From a virus (Duplodnaviria; Heunggongvirae; Uroviricota; Caudoviricetes), in IMG/VR virus record IMGVR_UViG_3300042880_000509: a stretch of 21,435 nucleotides of DNA. The stretch is one strand, 5' to 3'. Of the stretch, positions 8,839-15,558 are shown piece after piece; position 1 is the stretch's first letter; every line of letters starts with the position of its first letter. Both the position numbers and the translations under genes were made by a program. Under the pieces are notes generated by a model that saw nothing but the letters and a program-made list of their open reading frames with translations, had not been told where the DNA came from and did no database searches.

Positions 8839-9018
8839 TTACAAACGAGATGCCGAATCCATAAGAAACTTTAATTTGTTTTCCAGGTCACGAATCTCAT
8901 TTAATTGTTTTTGGTTTAACTCAAGTGATTCCCCTCTTATTGAAGAGATTTTATTTTGAGTTCTTGTATATTCAATCATTAGTTGATTATACTTCTGTGC
9001 TTTTAGTTCGTTACTCAT
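8839..9018 (-). CDS. Small coiled-coil protein (59 aa, not in ORF track)
   Basis: MSNELKAQKYNQLMIEYTRTQNKISSIRGESLELNQKQLNEIRDLENKLKFLMDSASRL; box at 9035-9041 upstream and terminator directly downstream. Confidence 0.85.
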   Translation of the reverse strand: MSNELKAQKYNQLMIEYTRTQNKISSIRGESLELNQKQLNEIRDLENKLKFLMDSASRL

Positions 9019-9061
9019 AATTTATATATAGTTGATAAATATAAAAAGGAAATGAAGAACT

Positions 9062-9433
9062 TTACATTAACTTTTTTCTTTCCCAGGCTTTGTATAGTCG
9101 GTCCTTATATTTTTTTATTAGGATTGGTTTTAAATCCCAATACATACCCATAATTTTATTTCTACTTTCTTCATTATAAACCACGCCATAATCCGGATCC
9201 TCCTCGGTTTCAATCTCATCAACTTTTTTATCCATAATAAAGTCGTGAAGAAGATCACCAATAACAACACTTGAAAAATCATCAAACTTGTTTACCGGTG
9301 GTGTAGATAAAATATAATGTGTTAATTCTCTATCAAAATATTCAAAATCATCCGTGGTTAATCTTCTTTTAAGAGAATTAGGTAATTCACCAAATAATCT
9401 TTCATACTGGGATTCTCTAATAATAATTTTCAT
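9062..9433 (-). CDS. Leader plus RR...YxxxIxxxY domain (LKRRLT subfamily)
   Basis: MKIIIRESQY...LKRRLTTDDFEYF...KYKDRLYKAW. Confidence 0.9.
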   Translation of the reverse strand: MKIIIRESQYERLFGELPNSLKRRLTTDDFEYFDRELTHYILSTPPVNKFDDFSSVVIGDLLHDFIMDKKVDEIETEEDPDYGVVYNEESRNKIMGMYWDLKPILIKKYKDRLYKAWERKKLM

Positions 9434-9445
9434 ATAATAATTATT

Positions 9446-10375
9446 TTAAAATTCACCATTTCTAAATTTATCCCAAAGTGGGTTAATTTTTTTAAGTATA
9501 ATTTTTGGATAATCGTTATTAAACCAATTTGTTATATCAGAAAATGTTTTAAAATTTTTTTCATTTAAATCAATATAATAATCAATATATTCCTCCGGTT
9601 CAGTTCCACCCAATACTTCATCCTGTATATACGCATCAACAGAAATTGGTAAACCACAATACCCTTCATAAAATGGAGTGGCGTAAACTGCAATAGCATC
9701 TTTATAATCTAAATCAATTATATCAATCATAAGGGCTCTAGTATGATTATCGTTATAAAATATAAATTCATAAGACTTATTATTATATTCAAATAAAGTT
9801 TTTCCTTTTAAAAAACCACTTATAAAAAAAGCTTTTATTAAATCATCGATAATGGAACATTTTCCATAATCACCAAACACCCCAATTTCAGAAATACCTT
9901 TAGGAAATATTTTATCTAAAGCTTTTGGGGTTAAGTTAAATTTTTTTATTGTTTTAATATAATCAATTTCATCAAATGAATTTAAAATCATTTGTTTTGT
10001 TCTATTAATACTAGATTCATTTATATTCCCACTTCGTCCATGATACTCCATATGATAATCATATAATAAATCGTGATATTTCTTTTCTAGAAATGGAATT
10101 AATTGCCAGAAAATTTTATATTTAATATTTTCCTCATCATCCAAATCATCATAATCAAGGTCTTGGTTAATTTCTTCAAGTTTATAGTCGTGAATAAACT
10201 CATTTAAAGAATCACGTAAATTACCCTCAAGGTACCTATTAAAATCTTGCGCAACATAATATCTTTTATTGTTACGAATAACATCATCAAGAATATCAAA
10301 ATCTCTTTCGGTCATCCTTCTTCTAACAACCGGTGGTATTAAATCAATTTCTTCTTTTGTAATAATGAATTTCAT
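9446..10375 (-). CDS. Leader plus RR domain plus ATPxYEGxC domain fusion
   Basis: Start moved to ATG 10375 (MKFIITKEE); box at 10382-10388; the two domains are joined by GNINES. Confidence 0.9.
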   Translation of the reverse strand: MKFIITKEEIDLIPPVVRRRMTERDFDILDDVIRNNKRYYVAQDFNRYLEGNLRDSLNEFIHDYKLEEINQDLDYDDLDDEENIKYKIFWQLIPFLEKKYHDLLYDYHMEYHGRSGNINESSINRTKQMILNSFDEIDYIKTIKKFNLTPKALDKIFPKGISEIGVFGDYGKCSIIDDLIKAFFISGFLKGKTLFEYNNKSYEFIFYNDNHTRALMIDIIDLDYKDAIAVYATPFYEGYCGLPISVDAYIQDEVLGGTEPEEYIDYYIDLNEKNFKTFSDITNWFNNDYPKIILKKINPLWDKFRNGEF

Positions 10376-10423
10376 ATAATGATAAATATTGACCATTTCA
10401 AAAAACGCGGCCATAAGAGGGAA

Positions 10424-10450
10424 CAATAAAAACCACGGACGAAGTCCGGG
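10424..10450 (-). terminator. Intrinsic terminator
   Basis: Minus strand CCCGGAC-TTC-GTCCGTGG followed by TTTTTATT. Confidence 0.75.
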
Positions 10451-10484
10451 TCCGGTTTACACCCCCAATAAGAAAGGAAGAATT

Positions 10485-10859
10485 TTAATTAGTCATACCT
10501 TCGTGCCAGGCCATAGATAATTTATCTTTATAATACTCTTCAAAAAAAGGAATTAATTTCCAATACCTTTCAAAAACTTCATCCAAACTTTCATCATTAT
10601 ACATCACACCATATTCCGGATTTTCTTCGGTTTCAATTTCATCGTCTTTTCTATCAAGAACAAATTCGTGCATGACCTGTGAAATAACATTATAAGAAAA
10701 TTGATCAAAGTCTGATGTAAAAAGTAATTTATCGTGAATGTTTTTATTTAAATTTTTATTAAAATATTCAAAATCATCTGGGGTTAATCTTCTTTTAATA
10801 GAACTGGGTAATTCCTTAAATAACATTTCGTACTGGGATTCTGTAATAATGATTTTCAT
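10485..10859 (-). CDS. Leader plus RR domain (LKRRLT subfamily)
   Basis: MKIIITESQY...IKRRLTPDDFEYF...YYKDKLSMAW. Confidence 0.9.
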   Translation of the reverse strand: MKIIITESQYEMLFKELPSSIKRRLTPDDFEYFNKNLNKNIHDKLLFTSDFDQFSYNVISQVMHEFVLDRKDDEIETEENPEYGVMYNDESLDEVFERYWKLIPFFEEYYKDKLSMAWHEGMTN

Positions 10860-10874
10860 ATAGGAAAGAATTTT

Positions 10875-11231
10875 TTATCTGGACCTACCTTTTACCTTCC
10901 AGGCCTGGTATAATCTATTTTTATATTTTTTTTCAAGAAAAGGCATTAAATCTGAATACATTTCAAAAATCTTGTTTGTTTCACTATCGGCATCAAAACC
11001 TAATGTATCATCATATTCTGGTAATTCATCATATTTTTTAACCAAAACAAATTCATTAACAAGATCACTAATAACATCATAAGAAAATTTATTAAAATCC
11101 GGTACCCAACGTATATTATCAATATGATAAACTAAATTAGCATCAAAGTATTTAAAATCATCTGGGGTTAATCTTCTTTTAAGAGAATTAGATAATATAT
11201 TGTACTGGGATTCTGTTATTATGATTTTCAT
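10875..11231 (-). CDS. Leader plus RR domain (LKRRLT subfamily)
   Basis: MKIIITESQY...LKRRLTPDDFKYF...KYKNRLYQAW. Confidence 0.9.
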   Translation of the reverse strand: MKIIITESQYNILSNSLKRRLTPDDFKYFDANLVYHIDNIRWVPDFNKFSYDVISDLVNEFVLVKKYDELPEYDDTLGFDADSETNKIFEMYSDLMPFLEKKYKNRLYQAWKVKGRSR

Positions 11232-11237
11232 AATAAG

Positions 11238-11483
11238 TTACAGTTTTGATTCTATGTCTTGAATAACGTCTTTTAGTTTACGAATTAACCTTCTTAAATT
11301 ATCAAGTTCATCACCCATTCTTTTGTATTCCCCTTTTCTTGATAGAGTATCATACTCCTCCATTGATCTTGCAAGTTTTTGGGATACGGTTCTATATTCA
11401 TCTTTTACTGAAGATAAAGATCCCCGGTTTTCATTTAAAACCTTTCTTGTAATTCTTGTGATATCTTTTTCTGTTATTTTCAT
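11238..11483 (-). CDS. Leader plus short coiled-coil
   Basis: MKITEKDITRITRKVLNE; box at 11488-11494. Confidence 0.85.
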   Translation of the reverse strand: MKITEKDITRITRKVLNENRGSLSSVKDEYRTVSQKLARSMEEYDTLSRKGEYKRMGDELDNLRRLIRKLKDVIQDIESKL

Positions 11484-11500
11484 AATAATAAATATCTCAT

Positions 11501-11533
11501 AAAATAAAAAACCCCACTCTTTAGGAATGGGGG
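11501..11533 (-). terminator. Intrinsic terminator
   Basis: CCCCA...TGGGG stem with an A-run on the plus strand (U-tract on minus). Confidence 0.7.
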
Positions 11534-11563
11534 ATTAAAGTATTATTTTCTATTAAAATCTAT

Positions 11564-11803
11564 TTATCGGCCCTCTTTTTCTTTTGACCATCTTTTTGAA
11601 ACATCGTTTCTTAATTCCATATCACTTTCTATTTCGTCAGCAATTTGTCTTAACATATAAACTTTAGATTCTTTTGATTCGTATGAATTAAATAAAAGAT
11701 CTTTTATGTTATTATAAAGCGGATTTTTATCCTTATCTTCTTTTAATGTGTTTCTAACAATTCTTGCTAGATCTGATTCAGTTAATCTAACTATTCTATT
11801 CAT
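11564..11803 (-). CDS. Leader plus small helical domain
   Basis: MNRIVRLTESDLARIVRNTLKE; box at 11822-11829. Confidence 0.88.
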   Translation of the reverse strand: MNRIVRLTESDLARIVRNTLKEDKDKNPLYNNIKDLLFNSYESKESKVYMLRQIADEIESDMELRNDVSKRWSKEKEGR

Positions 11804-11831
11804 AATATTTTAATTTATATATATAAATATT

Positions 11832-11868
11832 CCGGATTTTTGAAAATTTTTCCAAAAATTTTTTTTTT
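11832..11868 (+). repeat. CCGG-A/T-tract motif, copy 1
   Basis: CCGGATTTTTGAAAATTTTTCCAAAAATTTTTTTTTT, followed by AGGGGGTC...GGGAGGGGGTC. Confidence 0.85.
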
Positions 11869-11922
11869 GAAATTGGAGGTTATTTTAGGAAGGGGGTCGT
11901 GTTTGTGGGAGGGGGTCTGTAA

Positions 11923-12339
11923 CTAATCTAATTTTATTGATATACCAACACCATTCTGATCCATAATTAATGAAGCCCTTTTTAAATGAATTGGGGCTTC
12001 CAATGTATATATTAACCCAATTAATGATATAACACCACCAGCACCAATTATAACACCGGAGAACTCATTACCGTCCATATATGACAAAGATCCAATGGAA
12101 GTGATAACCACCCCACCATATGATAATATAATACCCGTATAATGATGTTTAACGTATTTATTAATTTCAGTTCCAGGTGTAACCATTCCCCCGATGTACA
12201 TATTCTTATACCCATAGTCCAAATAATAACTTTCATTTCTTAAAGAGTCATATACTAATCCTTTATCAGGAACTTTAGCATATTGAGAAAAGACAGATAG
12301 GTTTATAAAAACCATAAATAAGATCAGTAATTTTTTCAT
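11923..12339 (-). CDS. Signal-peptide protein with a C-terminal Gly-rich hydrophobic hairpin (membrane protein)
   Basis: MKKLLILFMVFINLSVFS-Q signal; GIILSYGGVVITSIGSL and GVIIGAGGVISLIGLIY segments. Confidence 0.88.
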   Translation of the reverse strand: MKKLLILFMVFINLSVFSQYAKVPDKGLVYDSLRNESYYLDYGYKNMYIGGMVTPGTEINKYVKHHYTGIILSYGGVVITSIGSLSYMDGNEFSGVIIGAGGVISLIGLIYTLEAPIHLKRASLIMDQNGVGISIKLD

Positions 12340-12367
12340 ATATTTTTTTTAGATTGTTAATGGTTAA

Positions 12368-12396
12368 ATAATAGAACAATTAACCGGTTTTGTCAA
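12368..12396 (-). promoter_or_regulatory. Sigma70-like promoter TTGACA-N17-TATTAT
   Basis: Minus strand TTGACA at 12396-12391, 17-nt spacer, TATTAT at 12373-12368, 28 nt before ATG 12339. Confidence 0.45.
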
Positions 12397-12420
12397 AAAT
12401 TCTTCCAGAAATTTTTTTTT
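12384..12420 (+). repeat. CCGG-A/T-tract motif, copy 2
   Basis: CCGGTTTTGTCAAAAATTCTTCCAGAAATTTTTTTTT. Confidence 0.85.
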
Positions 12421-12451
12421 GTTATTTTTAATTGTTTAATTCAATAGTGTT

Positions 12452-12715
12452 TTACTTAGCAAAGATATCAGTTTTATTTTTAAAATGGTTAAGATTATTT
12501 AAAATAGTTTGATAAACATCATCAGCACTAAAATTTACATCATCTTTCATTTTAGTTAATTTATCGATTAATACTGTTACTAAATTATTTTTATCATCAT
12601 TAACCATATTGTCCAAATCGTTATTTGGCCCATAATCTGTAGCTTGCTCAAATACCAATGGTTTAACATTACCAAGGTCCGATTCTAATAATTGTCTAAA
12701 TCTATTTTTTTCCAT
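12452..12715 (-). CDS. Leader-bearing small protein (87 aa)
   Basis: Start moved to ATG 12715 (MEKNRFRQLLESDLGNVKPLVFEQ); the track's extension to 12850 runs through the repeat and G-rich DNA. Confidence 0.8.
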   Translation of the reverse strand: MEKNRFRQLLESDLGNVKPLVFEQATDYGPNNDLDNMVNDDKNNLVTVLIDKLTKMKDDVNFSADDVYQTILNNLNHFKNKTDIFAK

Positions 12716-12769
12716 AATATATTCTTTAGTAATAATTATACCCACTCCATATAATTGGGGGAACATAAA

Positions 12770-12805
12770 CCGGATTTTCCCAAAAATTTTTCCAGAAATT
12801 TTTTT
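12770..12805 (+). repeat. CCGG-A/T-tract motif, copy 3
   Basis: CCGGATTTTCCCAAAAATTTTTCCAGAAATTTTTTT, followed by a G/C-run block at 12863-12922. Confidence 0.85.
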
Positions 12806-12935
12806 ACGAATACTTCGTTTTTGGGATCGTACCCCCTTTCTACCTGTCAAAACGTCATATATGGGGGGGATACGGGAGGGGGCCCCCCTGTCATAGCGTC
12901 ATACCCCAATATAGGGGAGGGGTAGTGTGCCAGTA

Positions 12936-13676
12936 TTAGTCCCCCTGACTAAATGTCAGTAATAACTTATCAACATCAAGTTGTGGATAAAAATATTCTA
13001 TTCCAATATCCATTGGTTCTTTGTCATCTCTCCATTGTTTATAAAACGACTGACCCCTTTCTAAATTATCAATGTAGTCATCAGTCCAGCTCTCATACTT
13101 TGTGTGGATAACATTCTTTGGTAGAACCTTGTAGATCTGATTAAGATCCCTTTCAATGTTACTACTAATCTTATTTACATTATCCTTTTCTTCTGCATCA
13201 ACATAACGCATAAAGTAAGATCCCTTTTCTCCCAATAGATCCCACCATTCATTTTCAATGTATGTTTTCTTAGGACTTGTTTTTGTTATTGTATAAAACA
13301 TATTTAAATCAAAATGAATATTAAGATAAATGAATGAATTATCAATTTCATGTACCTCAATATCTGTAATGAATGGGTATTTCTTTTTCATTAACTTTTC
13401 TAACATTTGAATGTCCCTACCTTTTTTTTTAACATCGCCGGTTGATTCCTGTAATGTTTCTTGTGTGGGGGATTCAATATCAATGGACCCAATGATTGAG
13501 GTTCCTTCCTTTAGATTATCTTCCCAATCTTTATAATCCTCATCTGAATCAAAGGTTTTAATAATGGACTTGTAGTATTCATTATCCCCATCCTGGATCT
13601 TTAATCCGATCCCCTTTGTTATCTTTGAGGTTAGGGCCTTATTTAATTGCTCTTCTGTTATGATATATTTTTTCAT
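12936..13676 (-). CDS. Leader-bearing two-domain protein
   Basis: MKKYIITEEQL leader; internal TLQES linker before the MLEKLMKKKYPFITDI domain; box at 13681-13688. Confidence 0.9.
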   Translation of the reverse strand: MKKYIITEEQLNKALTSKITKGIGLKIQDGDNEYYKSIIKTFDSDEDYKDWEDNLKEGTSIIGSIDIESPTQETLQESTGDVKKKGRDIQMLEKLMKKKYPFITDIEVHEIDNSFIYLNIHFDLNMFYTITKTSPKKTYIENEWWDLLGEKGSYFMRYVDAEEKDNVNKISSNIERDLNQIYKVLPKNVIHTKYESWTDDYIDNLERGQSFYKQWRDDKEPMDIGIEYFYPQLDVDKLLLTFSQGD

Positions 13677-13719
13677 ATAATATAAATATGAAGATAATAA
13701 TAAAATAGTTTATGTGGAA

Positions 13720-13751
13720 TTTGTGTATGTCAATTATTATTTGTACCTTTG
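13720..13751 (+). promoter_or_regulatory. Bacteroidota-type promoter
   Basis: TTTG (13720-13723), N20, TACCTTTG (13744-13751). Confidence 0.8.
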
Positions 13752-13755
13752 TATT

Positions 13756-13950
13756 GTCAGTGTTAATAACGAAGACGGGTTCGGTTCACGAGTTGGGGGT
13801 CGCAGAGGGTGGACTCCATCCTACTTTATTAAATAATAAAGCTCCCCGCAGTAAACTGGGAGATCAAAAAAGATATGTTGCCAAATTCATCTTGAACTTT
13901 ACGTACCACCTGGGTTACTGAACAACTAATTCCCTACTGTGGGGAAAACA
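13756..13950 (+). ncRNA. Candidate structured non-coding RNA of unknown class; strand uncertain
   Basis: About 44% GC over 13771-13950; consecutive hairpins (AGGGTGG/CCATCCT, CTTTATT/AATAAAG, CTCCC/GGGAG, TTCCCTA/TGGGGAA); begins just after a consensus promoter; no plausible ORF downstream of that promoter. Confidence 0.55.
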
Positions 13951-14017
13951 AATTCTAATAATAAATATAATCTTTTTTTAAAAAGTCAAGAATTTCTAAA
14001 CTATTTACTTTAATTTG

Positions 14018-14048
14018 TTTGGTAGTTCAAATATTATTTGTATATTTG
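14018..14048 (+). promoter_or_regulatory. Bacteroidota-type promoter
   Basis: TTTG (14018-14021), N19, TATATTTG (14041-14048); context ATTATTTGTAnnTTTGTATTGT shared with the 13720 promoter. Confidence 0.8.
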
Positions 14049-14075
14049 TATTGTAATCAATTAAAACTTAAAACT

Positions 14076-14210
14076 ATGTTACCACTTATTTCTACCTTGG
14101 GAGCCATGATGCCCACAATCGTTTTTATCGGGATCTTTGTATCTGTAATGTTCATTGGATATCTTGTTGATCCAAAGTTAAGAAACTTCTTTAATGGAAA
14201 ACGTAAATAA
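14076..14210 (+). CDS. Small single-pass membrane protein (44 aa)
   Basis: Start moved from 14019 to ATG 14076, downstream of the promoter; MLPLISTLGAMMPTIVFIGIFVSVMFIGYLVDPKLRNFFNGKRK. Confidence 0.75.
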   Translation: MLPLISTLGAMMPTIVFIGIFVSVMFIGYLVDPKLRNFFNGKRK

Positions 14211-14211
14211 T

Positions 14212-14316
14212 ATGGAACAGCAACTAATCGGTTTTTGTATAATGATGATTGGATTCATCATACTTGTGTTATCTGCTGTAGCTGATCAAAGGAGTGATTC
14301 CGAATCAATAGATTAA
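14212..14316 (+). CDS. Small single-pass membrane peptide (34 aa, not in ORF track)
   Basis: MEQQLIGFCIMMIGFIILVLSAVADQRSDSESID; starts 1 nt after the previous stop. Confidence 0.6.
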   Translation: MEQQLIGFCIMMIGFIILVLSAVADQRSDSESID

Positions 14317-14554
14317 TTCTTTGAAAATCACTGGGTCCCCCAATCTCTTTTATCTTATATAGATATTCTATCACATCATCCATCTGGCAGTGGGTCATTA
14401 TCTGAACTCGCTGCCTAAACTTCTTTGTCTTTCCTTGAAGTACATGTTCTTCATAGATACAGTGTCCGGAATACAAATCGTGACAATATGTCACAGTTAT
14501 GGTGTTACCTGATTTGGTAACTTTGGGGTTGAAGATGTCTAATACAGATTCCAT
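14258..14554 (-). CDS. Hypothetical protein with a Cys/His-rich segment
   Basis: 98 aa ORF with a TATTTAT box at 14572-14578; 3' end overlaps 14212..14316 antisense by 59 nt. Confidence 0.55.
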   Translation of the reverse strand: MESVLDIFNPKVTKSGNTITVTYCHDLYSGHCIYEEHVLQGKTKKFRQRVQIMTHCQMDDVIEYLYKIKEIGGPSDFQRINLLIRNHSFDQLQQITQV

Positions 14555-14599
14555 ATTGGGGATTTTTGTTAATAAATATTTGTTAAATTATTTGATTTT

Positions 14600-15540
14600 G
14601 TCAAAATGTCAGTCGTTCGTTGTAACCCACACAATCCCCTCGTCCAGTTTGTCCCACTTTTTACCACTCTATAGTTCCCACTATTTACCACCATAATTGT
14701 CGTTTCAGATACCAGAACCCTAATTTTTTCCCCTTCCTGATACCTACAGGACCATTTTTTTTACTATATCTATTTCCCAGTAAAAAAGGGAAGTTATAGT
14801 TCCTAAGCCAGGGATAGACATTTATGTTGTTAGTAGTTCACTAATAGATCATTAAAAAGATAACTTCAACGACCACTTTAGTGTTCTACTAATTATTCAT
14901 TCAACATCTGACCCTTCAAACTTACACAATAATTAACACAAAGTAAATGGTGGTAAAATGTGGGGATTACTAAAATCCCCCCGACTGATAAGGAGATGGG
15001 GATTATGTTTTATATCACTTAAGCAAGGTTTAACCTTGCAATCAAGATATGATTAGTAATCCCCTTTCATTACCACACCAAAATATAATACCATACTGTT
15101 CATTCATTTAATCTGTTCAGTGACACTGAACATCCTCTGAAAGTGAACACCTCATCATTATACCAGAACGTGTTACTTATATTGTGTACTCATTGGTCAC
15201 CTTAAAATTGGTAGTATCATTTAGTAAAATGGGGGGAAATTGTTATGTTGATTTGGTGTACATTATATTATTGTCGTGTCGATTTTTTTGTGTTTTTTCG
15301 ACATTAGAACTTATTGTGTCGATTAAACGTACATTATATTTTATTGTTGTATCATTATTATATTTTAATGTTAACTGAAAATAGTTTTTACAACAGTATA
15401 GGATTATGTTAATACTATTTTACATTATGATTTAAGATATGTCCCAGAAATTACCACATAACCTTTATAGAGATGTAAGTATAAGATTAAATTATGAGAC
15501 GAGTTCCGGAACGGTAGTGGAGGACTATGAGGCGAATGAA
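14600..15540. other. Non-coding, inverted-repeat-rich region (possible origin, regulatory hub or long structured RNA)
   Basis: No credible ORF in about 1 kb; CCCACTnTTTACCAC at 14653 and 14677 with an inverted copy at 14947; hairpins and palindromes at 14735, 14756, 14962, 14996-15066, 15114 and 15503. Confidence 0.6.
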
Positions 15541-15558
15541 TTAATCTTATACTTTATA

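Noticed and set aside
12048-12236. Minus-strand 62-aa ORF
   Set aside because: Alternate frame inside the signal-peptide gene 11923..12339
12716-12850. Longest-ORF N-terminal extensions (also 771, 7008, 8816, 10426, 14019, 17022)
   Set aside because: They run through terminators, boxes, promoters or repeats; internal ATGs give the conserved leader at the expected distance from the box or promoter
13712-13921. Plus-strand 69-aa ORF
   Set aside because: Its start lies upstream of the promoter that would transcribe it; the region is better explained as structured RNA
14499-15378. Plus-strand ORFs 14499..14696 and 15184..15378
   Set aside because: Low-complexity translations of repeat-rich or T-rich non-coding DNA; no supporting signals
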